From Planctomycetota bacterium (lineage in GTDB: Bacteria > Planctomycetota > B15-G4 > SIAN01): 64,000 nt of DNA. Location of the stretch: the NCBI GenBank assembly GCA_031409275.1, contig JANNXA010000051.1:1-64000 (forward strand), given 5' to 3'. The position numbers and the translations under genes are program-made. The notes under the pieces are model-generated. The model was not told the DNA's origin. It worked only from the letters and a program-made list of their open reading frames with translations, and did not search any database. Below, in pieces: positions 49,316 to 59,458 of the stretch. How positions within the stretch are numbered: the first letter of the stretch is position 1; each line of letters begins with the position of its first letter.

Positions 49316-51023
49316 TGCGGTGGTAGCGGCCCGGCTCGACGCCGGCGAGTTCCTGCGTGGCGCCATCGGGCCAGCGGATCGTGAGGTCGACCGCGCCCGC
49401 GTGCGCGCCGAGCCCGAAGACGATTCGAGTGTCGTTCCATGCCGCGAACGAGGCGGCGCCGCGCACTTCATCGACCTGCCGCAGCGCGCCCGCGCGACAC
49501 TCGACGCGCGCACCGATCGCGCGCGTGTTGCCCCCTGAACCGCGCAAGTCGACGCCGATCCAGTGACGGGTGGAGCCCGGTCCGATCGCCGTGTTCTCGA
49601 GGATCTCGGGCCGCTCCTGCCAATGGGCGACGACGAGGTCGATGTCTCCGTCGCCGTCGAGGTCGCCGGCCGCGAGGCCGCGCCCGACGTGCTTCTCCTC
49701 GAAGTAGGGGCCGCCTTCGCTGCTGGCGAGCCGGAACTTGCCGCGCCCCGCGCCGAGGTAGAGCTGCGCCTTCTGCCGGAAACTCTGGTGCGGGTCGAAC
49801 TGCTCGACGCGATCGAGCACATGGCCGTTGGCCAGCGCAAGGTCGACCTCGCCGTCGAGGTCCTGGTCGAAGAACTTCGCACCGAAGCCGACCCACAGGT
49901 AGCTGTCGCGGCCGAGGCCGGCGAGGTTGGTGTCGTCGGTGAAGACGCCGCCGTCGTTCACCCACAGCGTGTTGGTCTCCATCGCCATGTTGGCGCTGAA
50001 GAGGTCGAAGTCGCCGTCATGGTCGATGTCGGCGGCGTCGCTGCCCATGCACGACTCGTTCTTGCCTTCGCCGTCCTGCGCGACCCCCGCCTCGAAGCCG
50101 ACCTCGACCAGCACGATCGCGCCGCCGCGCACGCTGTCGTTACGCCACAGGAAGTTCGGGACGTGGTCGTTCGCCACGAAGAGGTCGACGTCGCCGTCGC
50201 CGTCGTAGTCGGTCGGCACCACGGCGAGCGCCTTGCCGGTCGACGCCTGGGCGCCCGACGCGACGGTCACGTCGGTGAAGCGCACCTGGGCATCGCGACC
50301 GCCGTCATTGCGCAGCACGTCGTCGCGAGCCCCCGCGAAGTTGTCGGGATGGCAGTAGTCGTGCTCCTGCGCACCGACCGTCCGGTCACCGCAAGGGCGC
50401 GCGGTCTGGACGTCGTAGACCACGTAGTTGCCGACGTAGCAGTCGAGGTCGCCGTCGCGATCGAGATCGACGAATGCCGCGGCGCTCGACCAGGCGTTGC
50501 CGCCAAGGCCCGAGCTCTCCGTGACATCGGTGAAGCGGCCGTGCCCGTCGTTGACCAGCAACGTGTTGCGGCCGTAGTTGCAGCAGTAGAGGTCGAGGTC
50601 GCCGTCGCCGTCGATGTCGGGACAGGAGACGCTGAAGGTGTAGCCCGTCTCGCCGGCCCCCGCCTCCGCCGTCACCTCAGTGAAGTGGAAGGCGCCGTCA
50701 TTGCGGTAGAGACGGTCGACGAGCGGCGGATCGATGGTGCGACCCGGCAACGCCGCCGCCTGCGCGCAGTGGAGGTCGAGGTCGCCATCGCCGTCGTAGT
50801 CGAACAGCGAGACGCCGCCCACCACGATTTCGGTGAACTGCTTGCTGCCGTTGCCGCCGTGGTCGTGGACGAAATCAACGCCGCTCGCCGCGCCACGCTG
50901 CGCGAAACGAAACGGCGGCGGCGGCGGCGCCTTCTCCCCGCAACTCGCGCCGGCCAGCGCGAAGCCAAGCAGCGCGAGGCCGCGAAGCGGCACGCCGCGT
51001 CGATGGCGCTCAGCGCGCCGCAT
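49302..51023 (-). CDS. CRTAC1-like FG-GAP / ASPIC-UnbV protein (probable lipoprotein)
   Basis: GASC lipobox-like site, FG-GAP repeats, NTRAIGARV...FGLG...IRWPDG. Confidence 0.9.
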   Translation of the reverse strand: MRRAERHRRGVPLRGLALLGFALAGASCGEKAPPPPPFRFAQRGAASGVDFVHDHGGNGSKQFTEIVVGGVSLFDYDGDGDLDLHCAQAAALPGRTIDPPLVDRLYRNDGAFHFTEVTAEAGAGETGYTFSVSCPDIDGDGDLDLYCCNYGRNTLLVNDGHGRFTDVTESSGLGGNAWSSAAAFVDLDRDGDLDCYVGNYVVYDVQTARPCGDRTVGAQEHDYCHPDNFAGARDDVLRNDGGRDAQVRFTDVTVASGAQASTGKALAVVPTDYDGDGDVDLFVANDHVPNFLWRNDSVRGGAIVLVEVGFEAGVAQDGEGKNESCMGSDAADIDHDGDFDLFSANMAMETNTLWVNDGGVFTDDTNLAGLGRDSYLWVGFGAKFFDQDLDGEVDLALANGHVLDRVEQFDPHQSFRQKAQLYLGAGRGKFRLASSEGGPYFEEKHVGRGLAAGDLDGDGDIDLVVAHWQERPEILENTAIGPGSTRHWIGVDLRGSGGNTRAIGARVECRAGALRQVDEVRGAASFAAWNDTRIVFGLGAHAGAVDLTIRWPDGATQELAGVEPGRYHRITQP

Positions 51024-52182
51024 CGCGACTCTTCGCGAGCTCGCGCAGCAGGTCGTCATAGACCGGCTGCCCGACCTTGCCGGTCGCCAGCATGCGATCG
51101 GCGGCAGCCCGCGCACCGGCGCTGTCTCCCTGCGCCTGCAGGATCTGCGCCTGCAGGAACCACGCTTCCGGATCGTCCGGAGTAGCGGCGATCAGCGCCT
51201 CGAGCTCCGCCTGCGCCGCGCTCCACTGCTTGCCCGCCTGCAACTCGCGGATCAGCAGGTGGCGCGCGCGGCGGTGCTCGGGCCAGGCGGCGAGGAACTC
51301 GCGGCGCAACGCGATGCGGCGCGCGCTGTCGTTCTTGAACGCGGTCGACGCGTCCTCCTCGAACGGCAGCAGCGCTTGATAGGCGCGCAGATGGCGATCG
51401 GCCTCCTTCGCATCGCCGAGCTTGCGTTGCACGCGGGCGGCGGCGAAGTGCAGCGATGACTCGTCGCCCTTCTGCGCCAACGCCAGCATCAGGTCCGCGA
51501 GCGCGTCGGCCGGACGCCCCATGCGCTCGAAGATCTCGGCGCGCAGCGCCAACGTGTTGCGATCGGGCCTCAGCTTGAGCGACCGCTCGGCGTCGAGCAG
51601 CGCTGCGTCGAAGCGGCCCGCCCGCAACGCCGCCTGTGCCAGGCCGCGCCGCACGACCGCGCGCTGATCGTCCGACAGCGCCACGCGACCCGACGCATCT
51701 TCCTCGGCCAACGCAGTGAAGAGCGCCTCCGCGCCGCGATCGTCCTCGAGCGCGAGCCGGGCGTTCGCCTCGCCGACGCGCGCCGCGAGCGATTGCGGAT
51801 CGACGAGGCGCGCGGTGCGGAAGGCCGCCAGCGCCTGCAGCGGCTCGTAGGCGAACTTCTTCTGCAACCCGACCGTTCCGCGCAGCAACAGCGCGTCGAG
51901 ATGGGCGGGATCGAGTTCGAGCGCTTCCCGCAGTCGCGCGATGGTCTCCTGCGGGTGGCCCAGTCCGATTTCGACCTGCGCCTGAGCGACCTTCGCCGCG
52001 GCGGCGCTCGCATCGCCGCTGCGCGGCAGATCGATCGGGAAATCGAGGCGAGTCGGATCGACCGGCGCATCGACGGACGCCTCGCCCGGAACCGGAGGCG
52101 CGGCCGGGTCGTCGCAGGCCGATGCGGCGAAGAGCGCCAGCGTCACCCCCCATCGGCTCGGACCACGCATGCGATGGGTCAC
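51010..52182 (-). CDS. TPR-repeat lipoprotein
   Basis: ASAC lipobox-like site and multiple TPR motifs. Confidence 0.8.
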   Translation of the reverse strand: MTHRMRGPSRWGVTLALFAASACDDPAAPPVPGEASVDAPVDPTRLDFPIDLPRSGDASAAAAKVAQAQVEIGLGHPQETIARLREALELDPAHLDALLLRGTVGLQKKFAYEPLQALAAFRTARLVDPQSLAARVGEANARLALEDDRGAEALFTALAEEDASGRVALSDDQRAVVRRGLAQAALRAGRFDAALLDAERSLKLRPDRNTLALRAEIFERMGRPADALADLMLALAQKGDESSLHFAAARVQRKLGDAKEADRHLRAYQALLPFEEDASTAFKNDSARRIALRREFLAAWPEHRRARHLLIRELQAGKQWSAAQAELEALIAATPDDPEAWFLQAQILQAQGDSAGARAAADRMLATGKVGQPVYDDLLRELAKSRDAAR

Positions 52183-53366
52183 TGCGGCGCGGGGGCGGCG
52201 GCCAGCAGCGTCGGCAACACTCGGTCGTCGGTCAGCACCAGGTCGTCGCGATCAACGAGCACGCGCATGCGGCCGCTGAAATCGATGTTCCAGCGCACTT
52301 GCCAGCCGATCGTGGCCACCAGCTCGCCGGTGTCGTCGCGGCGCAGCGCCGTGCGGTACTCGGCGACGAGCACGTGGTCCCAGACATCGCGAAACGACGG
52401 GTCACGCTTGTCGACCGAAGGGATGCACAGCGCGCTGGCGAGATGGCTGTCGGCCACCACCTCTTCACAGCGCGGGATCGCGCCGTGGCCGTCGGTGGCG
52501 GCAGGGTCGAGCTGCCAGGCCGTCGTCTTGACCATCATTCCGCCGCGCTCGATTCCGTGGCGGACCGCTTGCACGAAGCTGATCTTGGCGGGCAGCGTCG
52601 GGCGCACCGGCGCGGGCTTCCCGGCCAGCGCCGCGCCCACCACCGATGCGTCGAGCAGATCATCCTTCGCGCGCGAGAAGACGACCGCGGTCGCGACCCC
52701 TTCATCGTCCTTGCCGAACAGCCCCTCCGTGGGCGGCGACTTGAAGAGCGAGAGGATGCCGATGCCGGGCAGTTCGTGGCGGATCGCCCGCTCGAGCGCG
52801 AGGTGGTCGTTGATGGCTGCCTCCGCCGCCTGGGCGACGCCGTCGACGTCGACTTCGCGCGAGAGCTGCAGCAACGCGGCATCGATCTTCTGATCGAGTT
52901 CAAGGTAGCCACTGCGCGCGCCGAGCGCGTCGCCGCCGCCGATGCGGCCGCCTTCCGCGGCGATCGCCCAGAGCGCCGACTCGTAGTGTTCGAGGAGCAG
53001 CTTGAGCTGTTCCTGGGTGCGATTGGAGGCCGCTTCGAGCCGCGTCGCGCGCTCCTTGCGACGCGTCTCGCCATAGCTCGCGAGCGCCGGATCGGGACTC
53101 GCCAGCAGGTAGCAGGGCGGCGCAACGGCGACGTCACGATCGAACTCGGCGAGCACTCGCGCGAGGTCGACACGAGCATCCTCGAAGATGACGTGGATCG
53201 CGCGGTCGGCCGCCGCGAACAGCATCCGCTTCTGCTCGCTCGGCGTCGGCGGCGGCGGCGTGTCGTCGCCACCGCTCGCGCACCCCGAGAGGCCGATCAG
53301 CAGCGAGGCGAGACCGCCCGCCCACTGGATCGACGCCGCGCGGCGCAAAAGCTCGCTCGATCTCAT
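52179..53366 (-). CDS. Hypothetical lipoprotein
   Basis: LSGC lipobox; ATGA-coupled to lon and to the TPR gene. Confidence 0.7.
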   Translation of the reverse strand: MRSSELLRRAASIQWAGGLASLLIGLSGCASGGDDTPPPPTPSEQKRMLFAAADRAIHVIFEDARVDLARVLAEFDRDVAVAPPCYLLASPDPALASYGETRRKERATRLEAASNRTQEQLKLLLEHYESALWAIAAEGGRIGGGDALGARSGYLELDQKIDAALLQLSREVDVDGVAQAAEAAINDHLALERAIRHELPGIGILSLFKSPPTEGLFGKDDEGVATAVVFSRAKDDLLDASVVGAALAGKPAPVRPTLPAKISFVQAVRHGIERGGMMVKTTAWQLDPAATDGHGAIPRCEEVVADSHLASALCIPSVDKRDPSFRDVWDHVLVAEYRTALRRDDTGELVATIGWQVRWNIDFSGRMRVLVDRDDLVLTDDRVLPTLLAAAPAPQ

Positions 53367-55942
53367 CGGACGCTCCGCTTGGTCCGGCCCTTCGAGCGCC
53401 GGGTCTTCCCGCTGCCCCCGCGTTCGAACGCGAGCGGCACGATCTCACCATAGGTGCGGACGAAGTGGAATCGCAGCCCTCGCTTGAGGTCCGCTCTCAC
53501 CTCGGCGACATCCTTCTCGTTATCGGCCGGCAGGATCAGCTCGCGCAGCCCGGCACGGCGCGCCGCCAGCAGCTTGTCGCGGATGCCACCGACCGCCAGG
53601 ACCTGGCCGGTCAGCGTGATCTCCCCGGTCATCGCGAGGTCGGCGCGCACTGGCATGCCGCGGAGCAACGACACGAGCGCCGTCGTCATCGTCACGCCCG
53701 CCGACGGCCCATCCTTGCGAACGGCGCCCGCGGGCACGTGGAGATGGAGCCCGTCGTCCTTGCGCAGCGTGGTCTTCACCCCGAGTTCCTGCGCATGGGC
53801 GAGGACGTAGGAGATGGCGATCCGCGCCGACTCCTGCATCACGTCGCCAAGCATGCCGGTGAGTTCGAGTCCTTTGCGAGCCTCGGGAATCGCCATCGCC
53901 TGGATCTCGAGCACTTCACCGCCGACCGGCGTCCACGCCAGTCCCATGGCGACGCCTGCCGGCCGCGCCTGCTGCAGTCGTTCGTGCAGGTAGCGCGGCG
54001 GCCCGAGGTAGCGCGGCAGGTCGGCGACAGTGAGGGTCACGCCCTTCTGCGACGTCGCCTGCGCCCGCTTCTTCCCCGCCTTCGCGGGCGGGCGCTCCTG
54101 AAGTTCGCGGACGACCTTGCGGGAGATGCGAGCGAGGCGCGCGTCGAGGGCGCGCACGCCCGCCTCACGGGTGAAGCCGAGGACGATCGCCGTGAGGACC
54201 GGCTTCCCGAGCTTGAGCTCGCTCGGCGCGAGGCCATGGGCGAGGCGCTGCTTCTTCAGCAGGAAGCGGCTCGCGATCGCCACCTTCTCCTCGGTCACGT
54301 AGCCGGGCAGCTCGATCACGTCGAGTCGATCGCGGAGCGCCGCCGGCACCGGGTCGAGATCGTTGGCGGTGGCGATGAAGAACACCCGCGACAGGTCGAG
54401 CGGCACTTCGAGGTAGTGGTCGGAGAAGTTGCCGTTCTGCTCGGGATCGAGCGCTTCGAGCAGCGCCGAGCCGGGATCGCCGCGGAAGTCGGCGCCGATC
54501 TTGTCGAGCTCGTCGAGCATGAAGACGGGATTCATGGTCGCCGCCGTCCGCATCGCTCGCACGATGCGGCCCGGCTGCGCGCCGACATAGGTGCGACGAT
54601 GGCCGCGGATCTCCGCTTCATCGCGCACGCCCCCGAGCGAGATGCGGACGAACTTGCGTCCGAGCGCGGCGGCGATCGAGCGACCGAGCGAGGTCTTGCC
54701 GACACCCGGCGGCCCGAGCAGGCAGAGGATCTGCCCCTTGTGGTCGGGAACGCGCGCGCGCACGGCGAGGAACTCGAGGATGCGGTCCTTCACTTCGTCG
54801 AGGCCGAAGTGATCGCGATCGAGGACGCGGCGCGCCAACGCGAGGTCCTGCGTGTCTTGCGTCTGCTGGCCAAACGGCAGGGCCAGCAACCAATCGAGGT
54901 AGCCGCGCGCGACCGCCGCTTCGGGGCTTTCGGTCCCGAGGCTCGAGAGGCGGCGCAACTCCTCCTCCGCGCGCTCCTTCACCGCGGTGGGCAGCGCACG
55001 CCCTTCCATCCGCTTGCGGAAGTCGTCGACCTCGACGCCGCGCCCATCGCGCTCCTCGCCGAGTTCCTTGCGGATCGCCTTCAACTGCTCGCGAAGGAAG
55101 AACTCCTCCTGGCGCTTCTCGATCTTCTTGCGGATCTCATCCTGGATGCGATTGCCGAGCGTCAGGAGCTGCAGCTCGCGCGTGAGCTCCTCGGCGACCC
55201 GATGCAGCCGCTTCTCGACGTCCAGCGTCGCGAGCAGCTCCGCGCGGACGTCATGCGCCTTCAGGACGTAGGTCGCCGCGAAGTCCGCGAGCGCGCCATG
55301 TCGCTCGATGTTGAGCACCGCGACGCCCATCTCTTGCGCGCTGTCGCCGCCATTGGCGCTGGCTGCCACCAGCTCGCGCAGTTGCTTGCGGACGTTGCGC
55401 GCGAGCGCTTCCGCGGTGTCGCCGTGCGCCGGCGTCTCCTCGGGATAGGCGACCTTGGCGATGAGGTAGGGGTCGGTGCGCAGGAAGCGCTCGATCTGGA
55501 AACGACGCAGCCCCTGGACGAGCAACGTGCGCGTGCCGTCGGGCATCTGCAGCGATCGCAGGATGCGGACGAGGCAGCCCACTCCCTGGAGCTGCTCTGG
55601 CGTGGGCGCCTGCTCGCTCCCTTCGGCCTCGCGAAACACCCCGAGTCCGAGGAAGTCCGACTGGCTCGCCGCCTGCAGCACGGTGCGCTCGGCCCACGGC
55701 GCGCGCAGAACCACGGGCACGGTGAGGTCGGGGTAGACCACGACGCCGGGCACCGCCACGACGAAGAGGTTCGGCGGGAAACGGTCGCCGCGGCGCAGCA
55801 GCGCCGACTCGCCTTCGTTGGACGCGACCGCGTCGTCAACGATCTCGGCCACCGGCTCGACCGCCGCGGTCGACGGCGGCGGGCTGATCGGATTCGCGGC
55901 GTCCGGTGATTCCGGCGGCGGGTCGGCAGGACGATCGTTCAC
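53363..55942 (-). CDS. lon: ATP-dependent protease La
   Basis: LON N-domain, GPPGVGKT, RGHRRTY, LDELDK, KDGPSAG Ser and catalytic Lys. Confidence 0.97.
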   Translation of the reverse strand: MNDRPADPPPESPDAANPISPPPSTAAVEPVAEIVDDAVASNEGESALLRRGDRFPPNLFVVAVPGVVVYPDLTVPVVLRAPWAERTVLQAASQSDFLGLGVFREAEGSEQAPTPEQLQGVGCLVRILRSLQMPDGTRTLLVQGLRRFQIERFLRTDPYLIAKVAYPEETPAHGDTAEALARNVRKQLRELVAASANGGDSAQEMGVAVLNIERHGALADFAATYVLKAHDVRAELLATLDVEKRLHRVAEELTRELQLLTLGNRIQDEIRKKIEKRQEEFFLREQLKAIRKELGEERDGRGVEVDDFRKRMEGRALPTAVKERAEEELRRLSSLGTESPEAAVARGYLDWLLALPFGQQTQDTQDLALARRVLDRDHFGLDEVKDRILEFLAVRARVPDHKGQILCLLGPPGVGKTSLGRSIAAALGRKFVRISLGGVRDEAEIRGHRRTYVGAQPGRIVRAMRTAATMNPVFMLDELDKIGADFRGDPGSALLEALDPEQNGNFSDHYLEVPLDLSRVFFIATANDLDPVPAALRDRLDVIELPGYVTEEKVAIASRFLLKKQRLAHGLAPSELKLGKPVLTAIVLGFTREAGVRALDARLARISRKVVRELQERPPAKAGKKRAQATSQKGVTLTVADLPRYLGPPRYLHERLQQARPAGVAMGLAWTPVGGEVLEIQAMAIPEARKGLELTGMLGDVMQESARIAISYVLAHAQELGVKTTLRKDDGLHLHVPAGAVRKDGPSAGVTMTTALVSLLRGMPVRADLAMTGEITLTGQVLAVGGIRDKLLAARRAGLRELILPADNEKDVAEVRADLKRGLRFHFVRTYGEIVPLAFERGGSGKTRRSKGRTKRSVR

Positions 55943-56129
55943 GAGCGCACCTCTCCCAAGCGGCGACGCATGATATGCCGACCGCACGGAAACCACGTCT
56001 GGCGCTCAGGTTGCGGCACTCGCCGGGAGCCGCTACGTTCGGCCCGTCGATTGATGACACTGGGTGCGCGACGCCGCCTGGCCGCGCACGCCGGCCGCGC
56101 AAGCGGCCCTTCTCGATTGGATCGATGCC

Positions 56130-57281
56130 GTGAATCAGCCCGTGTCCGAGCGCTCCCGCTCAGGTTCCACCTCACCGGCAGTGCTCCTCATCCTGCTCGC
56201 GACTCTCGCCATCGGCGGCGGGCTCGCGTGGTGGTTCATCGGCGGCGGTCGCCCGTCGCCGCAGCAGACGGCAGTGACGCCGCGTGCGCCCGCCCGTCCG
56301 GAACTCGAGCCACCGACGCCGGTCGACGCCAACGCGGTCATCACGGCCGACATCCGCAGCGACCGCGGCGTCCGCAACGGGCTGAACGAGGCCGCCGCCA
56401 TCCGGGTCCGCAATCGCGAAACCGGCAAGATCGAGACCAAGCCGATCTACACGATCGACGCCAAGGTGGTGAACGATCGCGACGGCGCACCCGTCTACTA
56501 CTTCCAGGTCTGGGTCATTCCCGAGGCGATGGGCGACCCCGCCGTCGCCAAGGCGACGCTTTCCCCCAACCACATGCGCAGCGGCCGGCTGCACCTCGAT
56601 CAGCAGCTCGCCGGCACCTACAACCTCGTCGTCGAAAGTCGCGAGCATGAGCCGGTCACCAAGCTGATCGAGCTCCCCTACGAAGGCCCCGAGCTCGAGA
56701 TCCGGCTGCGCTACGGCACCTGCGTGCGCGGCGTCGTCCGTGACAGTTTCCAGACGCCGTTGAAGGAGATCGAGGTCCAGCTCGGAGTCGACCTTGCTCG
56801 CATCGATCCGGGGTTCAAGCCGCCGATGCAGCGCATGGTCAAGACGGACGAGAGTGGTCGCTACGCGTTCTGGAAGCTGCCGCCGGGAACCTACTCGCTC
56901 AAGGTGCAGCTTGGCGGCGACGAGCTCGCCAGCGAGCCGGAGTTCCGGCTCGACGCCGGCTCCGAGACGATGCGCGACTTCATGCTCGAACGGTTGGGTT
57001 CGCTGCGCATCGTCGTGAGCAACCCGATCGACCAGCCGATCGCACGGGCACGCGCCGCCTTGTTCACGAACCTCGACGACGGCCGGGAGCGCATGGTTCG
57101 CAACGTCACTTCCGACCTCAAAGGCCTCGCGCGGCTCGAATTCGTCCGCGAGGGCAGCTACAAGTTGAAGATCACTTCGCCTGGTTTCGAACCGCACGAA
57201 GAGACCGTCGTCGTCCGCGCCGGCGAAGCGCAGCGGGACATCCCGGTGCGCCTCGACATCGCCGACCGACCCGGGAACTGA
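56130..57281 (+). CDS. Membrane-anchored protein with carboxypeptidase-regulatory-like (transthyretin-like) domains
   Basis: N-terminal TM; repeats VRGVVRD...TDESGRY...LPPGTY and TSDLKG...GSYKL; start codon uncertain. Confidence 0.8.
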   Translation: MNQPVSERSRSGSTSPAVLLILLATLAIGGGLAWWFIGGGRPSPQQTAVTPRAPARPELEPPTPVDANAVITADIRSDRGVRNGLNEAAAIRVRNRETGKIETKPIYTIDAKVVNDRDGAPVYYFQVWVIPEAMGDPAVAKATLSPNHMRSGRLHLDQQLAGTYNLVVESREHEPVTKLIELPYEGPELEIRLRYGTCVRGVVRDSFQTPLKEIEVQLGVDLARIDPGFKPPMQRMVKTDESGRYAFWKLPPGTYSLKVQLGGDELASEPEFRLDAGSETMRDFMLERLGSLRIVVSNPIDQPIARARAALFTNLDDGRERMVRNVTSDLKGLARLEFVREGSYKLKITSPGFEPHEETVVVRAGEAQRDIPVRLDIADRPGN

Positions 57282-57322
57282 CCGCCGCCGCCCGCCCTTC
57301 GCTCTCCGAGAAGATCGAACCC

Positions 57323-57808
57323 ATGCCCGTCGCCGCACCGATCCTCGCCCCCGAGACCTTCCATCCCGAGCGGATCCTGGTCGGCAAAGAGGGCATCCGC
57401 GAATGGGTGCCGCAGCGCTACGAGTTCGAGATGCTCGACGCGATCCTCCACTTCGATGAAGTGGCGCACGTCGCCGTCGGCGTGAAGCAACTCGGGCACG
57501 ACGAGTTCTGGGTGCGCGGCCATATCCCCGGCCTGCCGCTCTTCCCTGGCGTCCTCATGATCGAGAGCGCCGCGCAGCTCTGCTGCTACCTCTTTTCGCG
57601 CAGCAACCGCGAGAAGCGCTTCTTCGCCTTCGGCGGAGTCGACGCCGTCCGTTTTCGCGGCACCGTCAAGCCCGGCGATCGCATCCACTTGATGGCGCGC
57701 GCGCGCAAGCTGCGCACCAACCTCGGCATCTTCGAGACGCAGGGCTACGTCGCGAACCGGATCGTCTTCGAAGCGGTGATCACCGGAATGGTGCTGAACG
57801 AGCGTTGA
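57323..57808 (+). CDS. fabZ: FabA/FabZ-family 3-hydroxyacyl-ACP dehydratase
   Basis: PQRYEFEMLD, GHIPGLPLFPGVLMIESAAQ, FRGTVKPGD. Confidence 0.85.
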   Translation: MPVAAPILAPETFHPERILVGKEGIREWVPQRYEFEMLDAILHFDEVAHVAVGVKQLGHDEFWVRGHIPGLPLFPGVLMIESAAQLCCYLFSRSNREKRFFAFGGVDAVRFRGTVKPGDRIHLMARARKLRTNLGIFETQGYVANRIVFEAVITGMVLNER

Positions 57809-57850
57809 GCTCGCGCACGCGCGACGCGATTTTCGCTGGGCCGCGCAACG

Positions 57851-57878
57851 AAAACGGGGCGAGCACATGCTCGCCCCG
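57851..57878 (-). terminator. Intrinsic terminator
   Basis: Perfect 11-bp inverted repeat CGGGGCGAGCA/TGCTCGCCCCG followed by TTTT on the minus strand. Confidence 0.7.
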
Positions 57879-58105
57879 CATTGTCCCGGGATCATGATCC
57901 GGCTTGGGGTGGGCACCCTGCTCCGAGAGCCGCCGGTCCCGATTTCGATGGACGAGCCATCGATGACAAAGAGCGTGCCGTCTTGCGCGTCGATGCGCGT
58001 CGGGCATTCTCTCGGCGCTTCCGCGGCGGCACGAGCGCGTCCGAGCGAAGCTCGCGTGCCGCCTGCGCCGAATCGGCGCAGGAACGTCACCCGAGCGTCG
58101 CGCCA

Positions 58106-58489
58106 TCAACGGTTGCGCGCGGCAGTGGAGCGACGCTCGCGGAGACGGCGAATCGTGCGAAAGAAGTCGACCGGTTCGATGGGCAGCCCGAGGAGCGCGA
58201 AGATGCGACCGCGCACCTTGTCTTCCCGCAACTTGGCCAGAGCCGCGTCGTGGCCGATCACGATCACGTCGAGCTGCGGCATGTCGACCCGCACCTGCTC
58301 GACGAGCGTGTCCTGTTCCGGCGCGGCCGGGTCGAGCGCGACGATCAGCCCGTCGATCTCGGTGCGACGAATCTTCTCGAGGGCGAGCACGCCCTGCTCC
58401 TGGTCGACTTCGATGTCGCCGAACGCGGCGAGGCCGACGCGGAGCTGGTCCGCAAGCGCGGGGGTCGAAACGGCAAGGAAGAGGCGCAT
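58106..58489 (-). CDS. Atypical single-domain receiver-like protein
   Basis: 127 aa with a CheY-like beta/alpha pattern, but the acidic pocket and Lys are not conserved. Confidence 0.6.
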   Translation of the reverse strand: MRLFLAVSTPALADQLRVGLAAFGDIEVDQEQGVLALEKIRRTEIDGLIVALDPAAPEQDTLVEQVRVDMPQLDVIVIGHDAALAKLREDKVRGRIFALLGLPIEPVDFFRTIRRLRERRSTAARNR

Positions 58490-58519
58490 GCTGTCCCTAT
58501 CGGCCGGCGGAGCCTCGCG

Positions 58520-59458
58520 ATGAAAGCGGTCGGCGGGATCGACGAGGCGGGCCTTGGCCCCACCCTCGGGCCCCTCCTGTTCGGGGCGACGCTCTTCCGC
58601 GGCCCGGAGGCGGCGGTCCGCGACCTGCGGGCCGCCCTCGCGGGGGTCGTGACCGATCGCTTCGACGCGACCGGCCAACAGCTGGCCATCGACGACAGCA
58701 AACGCCTCTTCGCCGGGCGACGCACCCTGGCTCCGCTCGAACTGCCGGCACTTGCCGTCCTCGGCCCCGGGCAACCGCGCCCGACGTCGCTCGAGGCAGC
58801 GGTGGCGGCGCCGGAGAGCGGCGAACCGTGGCCCCCTTGGTACCGCCACGGTGCCAGCCTGCCGCGCGCGGTCACCGACAGACAGGTCGACGGTTGGCGC
58901 GTCCGCTTCGCCGCCGAGCTCGCGCAGCGCGGGATCGAGCTCGTCGTCGCGGTCGCGCGACCGTGCTTCGAGGCGGAGCTGAACGGCTGTTTCGCGCGCG
59001 GCCTCAACAAGGGGGACGCCGTCCTCGCCTGCGTGGCGCCGCTGCTGCAGCGGCTGACGACGGCAGCGCCGGGGATCGACCTCGAGATCGTCGTCGATCG
59101 ACTCGGGGGTCGGCGCTACTACGGCGATTTCCTGCGCCACCTCTTCCCGTTGCGACCGCTGTCGGTGATCGAAGAGGAACCGGAGCGCTCGCGCTACCGA
59201 TTGCGCGACGGTTCGCGCACGCTCGAGATCGCCTTCGAAGTCGACGGCGATCGCCGCCACCTGCCCGTCGCCCTCGCGAGCCTCTGCGCCAAGTACGTGC
59301 GCGAGCTCTTCGTCGAGCGACTGAACGACCACTTCTCAGCACGGCTGCCTGGGCTCGTGCCGACCGCCGGCTATCCGCAAGACGCGCAGCGCTGGCTCGA
59401 CGCCATCGCGCCTCACCTCCTCGGGGACGAGCGCGAACGCCTGGTGCGACAGCGATGA
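58520..59458 (+). CDS. Ribonuclease HII-like protein
   Basis: GIDEAGLGP, DDSK, VDRLGGR, VALASLCAK, TAGYP. Confidence 0.8.
   Translation: MKAVGGIDEAGLGPTLGPLLFGATLFRGPEAAVRDLRAALAGVVTDRFDATGQQLAIDDSKRLFAGRRTLAPLELPALAVLGPGQPRPTSLEAAVAAPESGEPWPPWYRHGASLPRAVTDRQVDGWRVRFAAELAQRGIELVVAVARPCFEAELNGCFARGLNKGDAVLACVAPLLQRLTTAAPGIDLEIVVDRLGGRRYYGDFLRHLFPLRPLSVIEEEPERSRYRLRDGSRTLEIAFEVDGDRRHLPVALASLCAKYVRELFVERLNDHFSARLPGLVPTAGYPQDAQRWLDAIAPHLLGDERERLVRQR

Noticed and set aside
58033..58045. 13-mer GAGCGCGTCCGAG identical to the MITE terminal repeat
   Set aside because: No partner end or internal MITE sequence nearby; may be chance in GC-rich DNA.
57851..58105. Assignment of this region as 6S or SRP RNA
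   Set aside because: Only a GCCCACC fragment is reminiscent of 6S; the long closing rod and the SRP GGAA/AGCAG domain are not evident by eye.
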